Assembly: GCA_943370215.1 (NCBI GenBank)
Contig: CALRQC020000027.1
Location: 2,171-66,170 of the forward strand
DNA length: 64,000 nucleotides
Origin: Azospirillum sp. RU38E
Lineage (GTDB): Bacteria; Pseudomonadota; Alphaproteobacteria; Azospirillales; Azospirillaceae
Reading direction: 5' to 3'
Shown here: positions 41,433 to 52,587 of the stretch, piece after piece
How positions within the stretch are numbered: position 1 is the first letter of the stretch
Layout of the letters: every line of letters begins with the position of its first letter
Position numbers and translations under genes: made by a program
The notes under the pieces: generated by a model
Seen by the model: the letters and a program-made list of their open reading frames with translations, nothing else
What the model was told of the DNA's origin: nothing
Databases searched by the model: none

Positions 41433-43487
41433 ATGGGGGCGCTGCTGGCTGAACAGGGCCAGTGGTTGCTGTGGATACCGGTTACCCTGGCGCTGGGCAT
41501 TGGCGGTTATTTCGCCCTGCCATTGGAGCCGCCCCTGTGGCTGGTGGGTGCGCTGGCGGCTGGGATGCTGACTTTCAGTCTGGCCCTGGCGCTGCGCTGG
41601 CCGTTGGCAGGGCGGCTGATGGCGATCCTGCTGCTGGTCCCCGCGTTGGGGATGCTGGCCGGTACGTCACGGACGCGCATGGTTGCTGCCCCCATGTTGA
41701 CGGGTGCCAAGGGCCCCACTGTGGTGACCGGTCGGGTGGTGGCGCTGCAGAAACAGGAACATGATCTGCGGTTACAACTGGCTGAGCCCTGGATCGCGGC
41801 CGTCCCGCCGGCTGATACGCCGAGGCATCTGACCGTGCTGTTACGCCCCGGCGACGCGCTGCCGCCCTTGGGCGAAAAGGTGCGCATCTGGGGGCGTGTC
41901 TCTGGCCGTGGTGGCCCGGTGGAACCGGATGCGTTCGATTTTCGCCGGTATTCCTATTTCCAGGGCATCGGTGGCAGCACCGTGGCTTATGTACGGATCG
42001 AGCGGCAAGGGCAGGCGACTGCGGCCGATGGCGGAGACTGGGGCCTGTGGCTGGAAAGGCTGCGCCAGACCATTGCGCTGAAGGTGGAGGCGCGGCTGCA
42101 GGGGGGCGCTGCCGGGCTGACCACCGCCCTGCTGAATGGCGATTCCAGCGGCATTCCGGATGCTGATCTGGTTGCCATGCGGGTTTCCGGGCTGCAGCAT
42201 CTGATCTCCATCTCTGGTCTGCATGTCGGGCTGGTGGCGGGGCTGGTATTCCTGCTGGTGCGCGGGGGGCTGGCGCTGTGGCCAGCCGTCGCCCTGCGCC
42301 AACCAATCAAGAAATATGCCGCCGTCACGGCCTTGGCAGCCGCCTTTTTCTATATGCTGATGGTGGGGTCGCCGGTGCCGACCCAGCGGTCGGTGCTGAT
42401 GACCGGTATCATGCTGCTGGCCGTGCTGGCCGATCGCAATCCGTTTTCCCTGCGCGTCATCGCGGCGGCGGGGGCGGCCGTGCTGCTGGTGCAACCGGAC
42501 AGCCTGACCGGCCCCAGTTTCCAGATGTCGTTTGCCGCAGTCGCGGCCTTGATCATGGTCTATGACGCCCTGGGACCTTGGTTGGCGCGACGACGGCGGG
42601 AAGGCGGCGGGGGCTGGGCCGGCAAGGCGGCGGGTTACACCGGCGGGCTGATCCTGACCTCCCTTGTGGCCAGTCTGGCGACGACGCCCTATGCCATCTA
42701 TAGTTTCCAGACGGTGGCCAATTACGGGCTGCTCTCCAACATGATTGCCGTGCCGTTAACCAGTTTCTGGGTGATGCCCTGGGGTTTGCTGGCGTGCTTG
42801 TTGATGCCGCTGGGGCTGGAAGGTTGGGCGATCACCGCCATGGGGTGGGGGGTGGAAGGGATTTTATGGACGGCGCATCTGGTGGCTGGCCTGGCTGGTG
42901 CCACGCTGACCCTGCCGGTCATGCCGCTCTGGGGTTTGGTGGCCTTTACCCTGGGTGGGCTGTGGCTGGGCATCTGGCAGGGGCGTGTGCGCTGGTGGGG
43001 GATCGTGGGCATCCTGATGATGCCACTCAGTTTTTTGTTTTTCATCCCACCCGATGTGCGGGTGGATGCCGATGCCGGGGTGATCGGAGTTCGCACGGCC
43101 GATGGCGGGCTGCTGGTTTCCACCCGGCAGCGGGCGCGCTTTGATAGTGACGCCTGGGCGTCACGTGACGGGTTGCCCGATCCGCCCCGCCGCTGGCCCA
43201 AAACAGGCAGCCCGAAGGATGGGTTGAGCTGTGCCGGTGCCATCTGTCTTTATCGGGCGAAAGGACAGGTGCTGGCGCTGATCGACGATCGGGAAGGGCC
43301 GGTTACTTGCCCGACCGGGCCGCTGGATGCGGTCATCAGCCTGCGTGAGGATGCAGCGTGTCCGGCCCCCCTGATCATCCGGCGGGATGATATCCTGCGC
43401 CAGGGCGCTCATGCCCTGCACCTTTCGCCATCCGGGATCAGGGTCGAAACAACAAGGCCGCACCCGGGGGCGCGGCCTTGGCAATAA
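41433..43487 (+). CDS. comEC: ComEC/Rec2 family competence membrane protein
   Basis: Polytopic, with the SISGLHVG block of the competence domain. It is divergent from gltX, as is common in alphaproteobacteria. The start is uncertain (41346-41433). Confidence 0.8.
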   Translation: MGALLAEQGQWLLWIPVTLALGIGGYFALPLEPPLWLVGALAAGMLTFSLALALRWPLAGRLMAILLLVPALGMLAGTSRTRMVAAPMLTGAKGPTVVTGRVVALQKQEHDLRLQLAEPWIAAVPPADTPRHLTVLLRPGDALPPLGEKVRIWGRVSGRGGPVEPDAFDFRRYSYFQGIGGSTVAYVRIERQGQATAADGGDWGLWLERLRQTIALKVEARLQGGAAGLTTALLNGDSSGIPDADLVAMRVSGLQHLISISGLHVGLVAGLVFLLVRGGLALWPAVALRQPIKKYAAVTALAAAFFYMLMVGSPVPTQRSVLMTGIMLLAVLADRNPFSLRVIAAAGAAVLLVQPDSLTGPSFQMSFAAVAALIMVYDALGPWLARRRREGGGGWAGKAAGYTGGLILTSLVASLATTPYAIYSFQTVANYGLLSNMIAVPLTSFWVMPWGLLACLLMPLGLEGWAITAMGWGVEGILWTAHLVAGLAGATLTLPVMPLWGLVAFTLGGLWLGIWQGRVRWWGIVGILMMPLSFLFFIPPDVRVDADAGVIGVRTADGGLLVSTRQRARFDSDAWASRDGLPDPPRRWPKTGSPKDGLSCAGAICLYRAKGQVLALIDDREGPVTCPTGPLDAVISLREDAACPAPLIIRRDDILRQGAHALHLSPSGIRVETTRPHPGARPWQ

Positions 43488-43506
43488 CAATCCTGGCTTC
43501 AGCGGA

Positions 43507-44472
43507 TCAATAGCCCGGCGGGCGCTTGGCCGTCTGCACCTTCTTGGGCAGTGTCAGTTCGGATTTCTGCTGGGCATAGGCCACAGCGATGCGGGCGCCA
43601 ACGGCGGCATTGTTCAACAACAGGGCGCGGTTGGCGGTCAGGCTGGCACCGTCGGTCAACTCTTCCATACGCTTCAACAGGAACGGCGTCAGCGCCTTGC
43701 CGCGCACGCCCTGGGCGTCCGCCTCACTGACGGCCCGCTGGATGGCGGCTTCCACCGCTTCGGCATCCAGGGCGGCGGCATCGGGGATCGGCACACCGAC
43801 CACCACGCCGCCACCCAGACCCAGCAGCCATTTGGCGCGCAGCACGCGCGCCACCTCGTCCGGCGTGTCGCAGCGGCCATCCACCGGCAGCGGCAGGCTG
43901 GCGGTATAGAAGGCGGGGAACCGGTCGGTGCCATAGCCGATCACTGGCACGCCCTTGGTTTCCAGATATTCCAGCGTGCGCGGCAGGTCCAGGATGGCCT
44001 TGGCCCCGGCGCAGATGACCGCCACATCGGTGCCGGCCAGTTCTTCCAGATCGGCAGAGATATCCAGCGTGGTTTCCATGCCACGATGCACACCGCCAAT
44101 GCCGCCGGTGGCAAACACGGCAATGCCGGCCAAGTGCGCGGCAATCATGGTGGAGGCCACCGTGGTGGCGCCATCGGCATGTTGGGCCAGAGCCAGCGGC
44201 AGGTCACGCCGGCTGACCTTGCGCACACCCGGCTGGGCCAGCCGTTCCAGATCATCGTCGTTCAGGCCGACGCGGATGCGACCGTCCAGCACGGCGATGG
44301 TGGCCGGGATCGCCCCTTCAGCCCTGACCGCCGCCTCGATGGCGCGGGCGGTCTCCACATTGGCCGGATAGGGTAGGCCATGGCTGATCACGGTCGATTC
44401 CAGTGCCACCACGGCCCGGCCCTGCTTCAACGCCTGGGCGACCTCGGGATGGATGGAAAGGAAGTCCTGCAT
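43507..44472 (-). CDS. psuG: Pseudouridine-5'-phosphate glycosidase
   Basis: VALESTVISHGLPYP...FATGGIGGVHRG...DISADLEEL are PsuG/YeiN (IndA-like) hallmarks. Start at ATG 44472. Confidence 0.85.
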   Translation of the reverse strand: MQDFLSIHPEVAQALKQGRAVVALESTVISHGLPYPANVETARAIEAAVRAEGAIPATIAVLDGRIRVGLNDDDLERLAQPGVRKVSRRDLPLALAQHADGATTVASTMIAAHLAGIAVFATGGIGGVHRGMETTLDISADLEELAGTDVAVICAGAKAILDLPRTLEYLETKGVPVIGYGTDRFPAFYTASLPLPVDGRCDTPDEVARVLRAKWLLGLGGGVVVGVPIPDAAALDAEAVEAAIQRAVSEADAQGVRGKALTPFLLKRMEELTDGASLTANRALLLNNAAVGARIAVAYAQQKSELTLPKKVQTAKRPPGY

Positions 44473-44643
44473 CTGTCTCTCCTGCTTTGCGGCGGAGAAT
44501 GCCCCCGCGCCGGGCGGCAAAGCAAACGCGGAACGGAGGCTGCAAGGCTGCTTCCCGCTTGCCGCAACCCAGCTCTGCGGTTAGCACTGGAACCTATGGT
44601 GCCGGCGGCAAGACCGGCCCTGAAAACGGACAAGGAAGGCAGT

Positions 44644-46182
44644 ATGGCAAACCAACCCATTGGACAATCCACGGGCGGCATTCTGGGCGCAATCGAGCGG
44701 GTGGGCAACCGCCTGCCCGACCCGGCCAGCCTGTTCCTGATCGCCATCATCATTCTGATCGCCCTGTCGGTCCTGCTGGCCGGCATGGGGGTGTCAGCCA
44801 CCCACCCGGCCAACGGCAAGGAAGTGGCGGCGGTCAGCCTGTTATCGGCGGAGAATATCCGTCGCCTGTTCACCGACATGCCGACCATTTTCGCCAGCTT
44901 CCCGCCGCTGGCCATGGTGTTGCTGGTGATGATGGGCGTGGGCGTGGCGGAGAAGACCGGGTTGATCGGTGCCTCCCTGGGGGCGCTGGTGCGGGCCATG
45001 CCGAAAAGCCTGCTGACCTTCACGGTGATTTTTGCCGGTGTGCAATCCAGCCTGGCCACCGATGCCGGCTATGTGGTGCTGATCCCGCTGGCCGGCCTGA
45101 TGTTCCACAGCGTGGGGCGGCATCCAGTGGCCGGGATCGCGGCGGCCTTTGCCGGTGTGGCGGCGGGCTTCTCCTCCAACCTGCTGGTCACCGGGTTGGA
45201 CCCGCTGCTGGCCGGCATCACCCAGGCGGCGGCCCGGCTGGTCGATCCGGCCTATGAGGTGCCGGTGACGGCCAACTGGTATCTGATGGCGGCCTTCGTG
45301 CCGCTGTTCAGCCTTGTCGGCACTATCGTGCTGGATCGGTTGGTGGAACCGCGCCTGCTGGCCACCGCACCGGTGCCCGCCGGCCATGTGGTGACGGTGG
45401 AAGCGGTGACAGAAGCACAACAGGCGGCGGAAAGGCGGGGCCTGCGCTTTGCCGGCGGGGCGCTGCTGCTGTGTGTCCTGGCCATGCTGGCCGCCGTGCT
45501 GCCGGAAGGGGCCATCTTCCGTGATGCCAAGGGGACGGTGGAACCGTTCCTGAAGGGGCTGGTGGCGATGCTGTTCGCCATTTTCCTGATCATCGGCATC
45601 GCCTATGGCATCGGCGCTCGCATCATCCGCAATGACAAGGATGTGGTGCGGATGATGGGCCAATCCATGGCCGATATGGGCGGCTATATTGTGTTGGCCT
45701 TCTGCTGTGCCGTGTTCATCGCCCTGTTCGGCTGGTCCAATCTGGGGGTGATTCTGGCCATCGAAGGGGCGGAGATGCTGAAGTCCGCCGGCATTGTCGG
45801 GCTACCGCTGATGCTGGCGCTGATCCTGGTGTCGGCCCTGATCAATATTCTGATCGGCAGTGCGTCCGCCAAATGGGCCATTCTGGGGCCGGTTTTGGTG
45901 CCGATGCTGATGCTGGTGGGCGTCAGCCCGGAGGCAACGCAGGCGGCATACCGTGTGGGTGACAGCTTCACCAACCCGATCACACCACTGCTGCCCTATT
46001 TCCCGCTGATCCTGATCATGTGTCAGCGCTATGTGCCCGGCTTCGGCATCGGTTCGCTGATCGCCACCATGTTGCCGCTGGCGCTGTGGATGGGCTTTGC
46101 CGCCGTCGCCCTGTTCTCCGGCTGGGTGATTCTGGATCTGCCGTTGGGGCCGGGGTCGGTCATTCATATGAAGGCGGGTTGA
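44644..46182 (+). CDS. abgT: AbgT-family (p-aminobenzoyl-glutamate / antimetabolite) transporter
   Basis: The N-terminus GILGAIERVGNRLPDPASLFL and a polytopic roughly 510 aa body are typical of AbgT. The track start at 44380 is antisense to psuG. Confidence 0.9.
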   Translation: MANQPIGQSTGGILGAIERVGNRLPDPASLFLIAIIILIALSVLLAGMGVSATHPANGKEVAAVSLLSAENIRRLFTDMPTIFASFPPLAMVLLVMMGVGVAEKTGLIGASLGALVRAMPKSLLTFTVIFAGVQSSLATDAGYVVLIPLAGLMFHSVGRHPVAGIAAAFAGVAAGFSSNLLVTGLDPLLAGITQAAARLVDPAYEVPVTANWYLMAAFVPLFSLVGTIVLDRLVEPRLLATAPVPAGHVVTVEAVTEAQQAAERRGLRFAGGALLLCVLAMLAAVLPEGAIFRDAKGTVEPFLKGLVAMLFAIFLIIGIAYGIGARIIRNDKDVVRMMGQSMADMGGYIVLAFCCAVFIALFGWSNLGVILAIEGAEMLKSAGIVGLPLMLALILVSALINILIGSASAKWAILGPVLVPMLMLVGVSPEATQAAYRVGDSFTNPITPLLPYFPLILIMCQRYVPGFGIGSLIATMLPLALWMGFAAVALFSGWVILDLPLGPGSVIHMKAG

Positions 46183-46227
46183 CCCGGGGCGGTTGGCGGA
46201 AATTGTGACAAAGCCTATATCAAGGAC

Positions 46228-47268
46228 ATGACCATGCCAGCCGCCTCTCCCCCGCCGCCCGACAGTTGGGTGCGCCCCTGCCCGCCGGAACAGGGCGGGG
46301 GCCTGTGGGTGGAACCGGGCGGGTTCCATGTTGATCCCACCCGTGCCGTCACCCGTGCCGTCATCACCCATGGCCATTCCGACCATGCGAGGCCCGGCCA
46401 TGCCCATGTGCTGGCGACCCTGCCGACGCTGGATATCATGCGGGCAAGGTTGGGGGCGGGGGCGGGCGGCAGCCTGCAAGCGCTTGCCTATCACCAGCCG
46501 TTGCGCATCCATGATGTGACCGTCACCCTGGTGCCGGCGGGCCATGTGCTGGGCAGTGCCCAGGTGGTGCTGGAATATCAGGGTAGCCGGGTGGTGGTCT
46601 CCGGTGATTACAAGCGCCGGCATGATCCCACCTGTGCCCCGTTTGAACCAGTGGCTTGCGATGCCTTTATCACGGAGGCCACCTTTGGCCTGCCGGTCTT
46701 CCGCCACCCGCCGGCAGCGGCGGAGATTGCCCGGCTGCTCCATGCCGGGCAGGTGTTCCCGGAACGCTCGCTGGTGGTGGGTTGCTACGCGCTGGGCAAG
46801 TGTCAGCGGCTGATCGCCCATCTGCGGGAGGCGGGCTATGACAAGCCAATCTATCTCCATGGTGCCCATCTGCCCCTATGCGAACTGTATCAGCGCCATG
46901 GCGTCGATCTGGGCGATCTGCGCCCCGCCACGGTGACGGGGAAGGAGGAGATGCGCGGCGCCATCGTGCTGGCCCCGCCATCGGCCCTGATGGATAAATG
47001 GGCCCGCCGCCTGCCGGACCCGTTGATTGCTTATGCGTCGGGCTGGATGCGGGTGCGGGCGCGGGCCCGCCAGCATGGGGTGGAAATGCCGCTGGTCATC
47101 TCCGACCATGCCGATTGGGATGAACTCTGCGAGACCCTGCAGGATGTGGCCGCCCCGGAAGTTTGGGTGACCCATGGCGCGGAGGAAGCGCTGGTGCATT
47201 GGGCCAATCTGAATGGCTTCCGCGCCAGGCCCCTGCATCTGGTCGGTTTCGGCGATGAGGAGACGTGA
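46228..47268 (+). CDS. Ligase-associated DNA damage response exonuclease (metallo-beta-lactamase / beta-CASP fold)
   Basis: ITHGHSDHARPGH motif, roughly 340 aa, immediately upstream of an ATP-dependent ligase (3-nt gap). Confidence 0.8.
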   Translation: MTMPAASPPPPDSWVRPCPPEQGGGLWVEPGGFHVDPTRAVTRAVITHGHSDHARPGHAHVLATLPTLDIMRARLGAGAGGSLQALAYHQPLRIHDVTVTLVPAGHVLGSAQVVLEYQGSRVVVSGDYKRRHDPTCAPFEPVACDAFITEATFGLPVFRHPPAAAEIARLLHAGQVFPERSLVVGCYALGKCQRLIAHLREAGYDKPIYLHGAHLPLCELYQRHGVDLGDLRPATVTGKEEMRGAIVLAPPSALMDKWARRLPDPLIAYASGWMRVRARARQHGVEMPLVISDHADWDELCETLQDVAAPEVWVTHGAEEALVHWANLNGFRARPLHLVGFGDEET

Positions 47269-47271
47269 ACC

Positions 47272-48894
47272 ATGGAACGGTTCGCCGCCCTGATCGATGC
47301 CTTGGCCTATCAGCCTTCCCGTAATGGCAAACTCCGCCTGCTGGTGGATTATTTTGCCCAGACACCGGACCCGGATCGCGGATATGGCTTGGCGGCGCTG
47401 ACTGGCGGCCTGTCCTTTGCCGCCGCCAAGCCGGCCCTGGTGCGCGAACTGGTGGCGTCGCGCACCGATGCCACCCTGTTTGCACTCTCCTATGATTTTG
47501 TTGGCGATCTGGCGGAAACCGTGGCCCTGATCTGGCCGCAGCGGCCCGGCAGTAACCAGCCTTCACCGGCCCTGTCGGAGATCGTTGCGGCGCTGGCCGG
47601 GGCCAAGCGGGCGGCGGTGCCGGGCCTGATCGAAGGTTGGCTGGATGGGCTGGACGCCACCGGGCGCTGGGCCCTGCTGAAGCTGATCACCGGCGGGATG
47701 CGCATCGGCGTGTCGGCCCGGCTGGCCAAGACGGCCCTGGCCGATTATGGCACGGCGCACGGGGTGGCCGTGGATGTGGATGCGATTGAGGAAATCTGGC
47801 ACGGGCTGACCCCGCCCTATCAGCCGCTGTTCGCCTGGCTCTCGGGCAGCGGCCCCCGCCCGGATGTGGCCGGCACCGGCGGTTTTCGCCCGATGATGCT
47901 GTCCCACCCGCTGGAGGAGGGGGATTTGGAGAGCCTTTCAGCCGCGGATTTCCGCGCTGAATGGAAATGGGATGGCATCCGCGTGCAGCTTGTGGCGCGC
48001 GGCCAGCCGGGGGCGGCGCGGATTTACAGCCGCACCGGCGACCAGATCGCCGCCACCTTCCCCGATGTGGCGGCGCATATGGGCTTTACCGCCGTGCTGG
48101 ATGGGGAATTGCTGGTGGCCCGCGATGGCCGCATCGCCCCGTTCAACGACCTGCAACAGCGCCTGAACCGCAAGCAGGTGACGGCGAAACTGCTGAAGGA
48201 CTATCCGGCCTGGGTGCGGCTTTACGATATCCTGTTCGACGGCGATGAAGACCTGCGCGGCCTTCCCTTCGATGAACGCCGCGCCCGACTGGAAGGCTGG
48301 TTTGTCCGCACCAACCCCACCGGCATGGACCTGTCCCCCTTGCTGGATTTCAGCCATTGGGAAGAACTGGCGGCCCTGCGCCTGAATGCCCGCGACAGTG
48401 CGGTGGAAGATGGCGCCATCGAAGGGGTGATGCTGAAACGGCGCGACAGCACCTATGTCGCCGGTCGCCCCAAAGGCCCCTGGTTCAAATGGAAGCGCGG
48501 GCCGCTGGTGGCCGATTGCGTGCTGATGTATGCCCAGCGTGGCCATGGCAAACGCTCCAGCTTTTACAGCGACTACACCTTTGGGGCCTGGCGGGGCAAT
48601 CCTGGGGACGGGGGCGAGCTGGTGCCGGTCGGCAAAGCCTATTTCGGCTTCACGGATGAGGAACTGGCCCAGATCGACCGCTGGGTGCGCAACCATACCA
48701 GCAACCGTTTCGGCCCGGTGCGGGAGGTGTCACCGGGGTTGGTGTTCGAGGTGGCGTTTGACAGTGTCCACCCGTCTGCCCGGCACAAGAGCGGCATCGC
48801 CATGCGCTTTCCCCGCATCAGCCGCATCCGCTGGGACAAACCGGCGGCGGAGGCGGATCGGCTGGAGACATTGGAACGGATGGTGGTATCATGA
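47272..48894 (+). CDS. ATP-dependent DNA ligase (ligase-associated DDR type)
   Basis: Adenylation motif I EWKWDGIR, LDGELL, EGVMLKR, WFKWK (OB), and a roughly 200 aa N-terminal DNA-binding domain. Confidence 0.9.
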   Translation: MERFAALIDALAYQPSRNGKLRLLVDYFAQTPDPDRGYGLAALTGGLSFAAAKPALVRELVASRTDATLFALSYDFVGDLAETVALIWPQRPGSNQPSPALSEIVAALAGAKRAAVPGLIEGWLDGLDATGRWALLKLITGGMRIGVSARLAKTALADYGTAHGVAVDVDAIEEIWHGLTPPYQPLFAWLSGSGPRPDVAGTGGFRPMMLSHPLEEGDLESLSAADFRAEWKWDGIRVQLVARGQPGAARIYSRTGDQIAATFPDVAAHMGFTAVLDGELLVARDGRIAPFNDLQQRLNRKQVTAKLLKDYPAWVRLYDILFDGDEDLRGLPFDERRARLEGWFVRTNPTGMDLSPLLDFSHWEELAALRLNARDSAVEDGAIEGVMLKRRDSTYVAGRPKGPWFKWKRGPLVADCVLMYAQRGHGKRSSFYSDYTFGAWRGNPGDGGELVPVGKAYFGFTDEELAQIDRWVRNHTSNRFGPVREVSPGLVFEVAFDSVHPSARHKSGIAMRFPRISRIRWDKPAAEADRLETLERMVVS

Positions 48895-49239
48895 CCGCTC
48901 GGCAGAAACCGGGGGATGCCCATGTCAGGTTGGTGGGGAAAGGTGGCACATGTCGGGCTATCCGGGCTGGCAACCTGTATGGGGGGCCTTCTCGTCATCT
49001 CGTTCTGGCTGGCTGTCATGACACATGGGCGGGAGACGGTGGAACAAGCCATGGAGACGCCGCTTATCATTTCACAGCCTTACATGGTGGCTCCACCTTG
49101 TCCGGGCGTTTTTTTCTCTTATGAAACGCCCCCACCCCGTCCGAAAAAACGCACCCATAGATCCCGCTAAGTATTTCGGGCGGCTGTTCGGTCTTTTCCC
49201 CGACGCTTGCCTCCGTCCCTCGTTCAGAAGTCGACACCC

Positions 49240-49533
49240 ATGCAGCCCGCTAAATCCCGCGTCCTGATCTATCCCGCCCAGAAGGTGCCGCCGGCCAGCA
49301 TGACGCTGGCCATGGCGGAGCTGGAGAAAATTCCGCCGACATCGGTGCGTGGCGGGCGCGTTTGGGTGCGGCTGGCCGGCCTTGTCGGGGTGGTGATCGG
49401 GGCGCTGATCATTCCCGGTTATATTGTCGCCATTTCGATGGGCTATCAGCCGCTGGAGCCCCTGCAGGGCAAAATCCTGATGATCATGCCGCCGTCGGAA
49501 AAGGCGCCGGAGCCCCATCTCCCTACACCTTGA
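49240..49533 (+). CDS. Hypothetical single-pass membrane protein, doubtful
   Basis: One TM segment (LAGLVGVVIGALIIPGYIVAI). No family recognised. Confidence 0.35.
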   Translation: MQPAKSRVLIYPAQKVPPASMTLAMAELEKIPPTSVRGGRVWVRLAGLVGVVIGALIIPGYIVAISMGYQPLEPLQGKILMIMPPSEKAPEPHLPTP

Positions 49534-49830
49534 CGCAAAGCCGGACAGATTGTTCCGCGCATCTCTGTCCGGCGATTGAATGAAGTGGAAAATCACTCTC
49601 AATATCGCTGCATTCTGTCAGGCATTTTCAGGGAATGATTATTCTTCTCAATTTCAACGCATAAAGAATAAACACATAACCATTCATCAGCGGAATCTAC
49701 TGCTTTTGCGCCTCCATTCGTATGGCTTCCACCAACTGCTCTTTTTATCCTCAACGGACGAAAGAGGGTGGTACTGCCGGCATTGAGTTGCAGGTCAAAG
49801 CCACCCGGTCATAAGGGCGGTGGTGGTGGG

Positions 49831-50544
49831 ATGATGAAGCTTCGTGGCCGGCTTTTCGGTCTTTGCGCGCTGATGTTTTTATCCTCTCATACGGTGCTGG
49901 CGCAGGACTGGACGGCGGATGTCGCCGTCGTGACCGATTATGTTGATCGCGGGCTCAGCAATTCCGGTGGCAAGCCGGCGCTGCAGCTTGGGCTGGCCCG
50001 CGCGCTGGGGGATGGGTTCACGCTGGGTACCTGGGCCTCCACCATTGGTGAAGGGCAAGGAAACAACTGGTCAGAGGTGGATTTATACGCTGCGAAAGAC
50101 TGGCAGATCGGGGATGCCAAGCTTGAACTGGCAGCAACCTGGATCGGTTATCCCGGCGCCCCCGCCAGCAGCGACGCCAATATGTGGGAGTTTTCCGCCG
50201 TACTTCACCAGCCGGTGACGGAGCGTGGTCAGATTGGCTTGGTTGCCATTGCCACGCCGGACAATGCCGGCCATGCCGGTGATGCGCTTTATCTGGCGCT
50301 GGAAACCGAATGGCGCCTGGATGACAATTTTACCTTGTTTGGCCATGTCGGTCGGCAATGGAACCAGCGGGAAGACCGGGCGGGTGCCGATTACAATGAA
50401 TGGGCGGTCGGTCTGTCCTACAGCATCAATACTGTATCCCTATCGCTGACCTTCTCCGATACCCCTGGGCTGGACAGGGCGGATTCACCCGGTCCCTGTG
50501 GCAAGCGGCTGGTGGCCGGCCTCACCTGGCAACCGCAATGGTGA
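49831..50544 (+). CDS. TorF/Gcw_chp-family putative outer membrane beta-barrel protein
   Basis: Signal peptide MMKLRGRLFGLCALMFLSSHTVLA, then VAVVTDYVDRGLSNSGGKPALQLGL...G.W.S, typical of TIGR02001-type proteins. Alternating beta pattern. Confidence 0.7.
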   Translation: MMKLRGRLFGLCALMFLSSHTVLAQDWTADVAVVTDYVDRGLSNSGGKPALQLGLARALGDGFTLGTWASTIGEGQGNNWSEVDLYAAKDWQIGDAKLELAATWIGYPGAPASSDANMWEFSAVLHQPVTERGQIGLVAIATPDNAGHAGDALYLALETEWRLDDNFTLFGHVGRQWNQREDRAGADYNEWAVGLSYSINTVSLSLTFSDTPGLDRADSPGPCGKRLVAGLTWQPQW

Positions 50545-50613
50545 GGGAAGGCCCGGCGGGGCCTTCCCGTCAACGGTTCTATACTCAGCGCTGTGGGGCA
50601 TGACGCCTGGTCA

Positions 50614-52587
50614 TTACGCCGCCAGTTCCTGACAACCATCCACCAGTTGCGGCAGCCGGGCCAGGAAGGCCTTGGCCGTTGCCTCGTCCAGTTCAAAGGC
50701 GGCGTGCAAATGACGGTCGGTGGCCTTCAACCCATGGAAGGGCAGGCGCAAACCGTCCAGCACCAGCACCCCGCGCGCCGTATTGGCGTCCAACCCGGCC
50801 AACGTCACCCCAGCTTCAGAGATGTTCTGCACCCGGACCCGTCTTTGTCCGGCCTTGGTTTCTGCCGTGGCGTCGCGGTCCAGCACGAAACGGCGGGCCG
50901 GGCGCTTCTCTGCCTCCTCGGCGGATTGGCGGACCACCCGCACCAGGGTGCCACGCAGCGCCGTCACCGCCTCGGCCAACCCATGCGAGGCCGTGCGCAC
51001 CGTGCCGGCGGCATTGTCAGTGCTGACCGCTTCCTGTGACACCTCGGCAATGCGGGCGGAAACCTCGCGCGCTGCCTGGGCCGTCTGCTCCACATTGCGG
51101 GCAATCTCTGCCGTGGCGGCCGATTGTTGCTCCACGGCAGCAGCGATACCAGCGGACACCTCGTTCAGTTCGCCCACCCGCTTGCCGATATCATGCACGG
51201 CGGCCAGCGCGCGGTCGCGGACATGCTGGATTTCACCGATGCGGTGGTTGATATCTTCCGTTGCGCGGGCGGTCTGGCCGGCGAGATTTTTCACCTCTCC
51301 CGCCACCACGGCGAAGCCCTTGCCGGCTTCGCCGGCGCGGGCGGCTTCAATGGTGGCGTTCAGGGCCAGCAGGTTGGTCTGGGCAGCAATATCGGCGATC
51401 ATCTGCGCCACATCGCCGATCTGGGACACGGCGCCAGCCAAGGCATCGATGGCAAGGACGGCTTCGTTGCCAGCCTGCACGCTACGGGTCGTCGCTTCGC
51501 TGGAATGGGCGACCTGACTGCCGATCTCCTGGATGGAGGCGGTGAGTTGGTTGGTGGCGCTGGCCACCGTCTGGGCATTGGCCAGCGCCTGGGCGGCGGC
51601 GGTGGCCACACCCTCGGCATTGGCACCGACGCGGCGGGCGGCCGCAGCCATGCGGTCGGCCTCATCCTCCATCATGTGGGTGCGTTCGGAAACCCGGTCC
51701 ACAGCGCTGCCGGTCTCGCGTTCCACCGTATCGGCCATGGCGGCCAGGGCTTCCAGGCGACGACCTTCAGCGGCGTGGCGCTCTTCTTCCTGCGCGGCCC
51801 GCAGCGCCTCGGTTTCTGCCAACCCATCGCGGAAAACGGCGACGGCGCGGGCCATGGCGCCCACATCATCCAGCCGCTGGGTGCCATCCACGCTGCGCGA
51901 CAGGTCACCTGTGCGCATCGCGTCCATGGTTTCCCGCAGCGAGCGCAGGGGCCGCAGCAACCGGGACGTGATGGCATGGCCGCCCAAGGTGATGGCCAGG
52001 GCGATCAGCGCACCACCGGTGATGATCCAACTCAGCGCCCGATTGAATTCTGCGAACAGGTCGGCTTTGCGCAGGCCGACGTAAAGAATACCGATGGTCT
52101 TGCCACCAGCATCCTTGATCGGGTCATAGGCGGCATAATAACGCTCACCCAGGATGTCCACTTCACCACGATAGGGCTGGCCCAGGCCGAGTACGGCGTC
52201 ACGGGCCTTCCCATCGGCTAGTTTGGTACCAACAGCGGGTCTGCCATCGGCACCGGTGACATTGGTGGCGACGCGGACATCGGCCTTGAACAGGGTGACG
52301 CGGCCACCGGTGACGCTGGCGATGGACTGGATCAGGGGTTGGTTGTCGTCCAATGCCGTGTCACCGGCGACCAGCTTGCCATCCTTCAGGCCGGGTGCAC
52401 CTTCGGCCCTCACCACATTCCAGGCGAGCTGCATGGAAAGTTTCTGGGTGGCATGTGCGTTGCGTTCCATGGCAATGGTCATCTGCTGATCGGCAAATCC
52501 CAGGATCAGGGCGCAGAGCAGCAACAGGCCGAAAGCGTTCATGGCAGCCACCTTTGTGGCCACCGGCAGGCGATAGATACGGTTCAC
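50614..52587 (-). CDS. Methyl-accepting chemotaxis protein with Cache-type sensor and C-terminal PilZ domain
   Basis: TM, Cache-like periplasmic domain, TM, HAMP, then MA domain ([36 protein letters not shown]). An extra roughly 100 aa tail carries RPARR (RxxxR) and NISEAGV (D/NxSxxG). Confidence 0.9.
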   Translation of the reverse strand: MNRIYRLPVATKVAAMNAFGLLLLCALILGFADQQMTIAMERNAHATQKLSMQLAWNVVRAEGAPGLKDGKLVAGDTALDDNQPLIQSIASVTGGRVTLFKADVRVATNVTGADGRPAVGTKLADGKARDAVLGLGQPYRGEVDILGERYYAAYDPIKDAGGKTIGILYVGLRKADLFAEFNRALSWIITGGALIALAITLGGHAITSRLLRPLRSLRETMDAMRTGDLSRSVDGTQRLDDVGAMARAVAVFRDGLAETEALRAAQEEERHAAEGRRLEALAAMADTVERETGSAVDRVSERTHMMEDEADRMAAAARRVGANAEGVATAAAQALANAQTVASATNQLTASIQEIGSQVAHSSEATTRSVQAGNEAVLAIDALAGAVSQIGDVAQMIADIAAQTNLLALNATIEAARAGEAGKGFAVVAGEVKNLAGQTARATEDINHRIGEIQHVRDRALAAVHDIGKRVGELNEVSAGIAAAVEQQSAATAEIARNVEQTAQAAREVSARIAEVSQEAVSTDNAAGTVRTASHGLAEAVTALRGTLVRVVRQSAEEAEKRPARRFVLDRDATAETKAGQRRVRVQNISEAGVTLAGLDANTARGVLVLDGLRLPFHGLKATDRHLHAAFELDEATAKAFLARLPQLVDGCQELAA

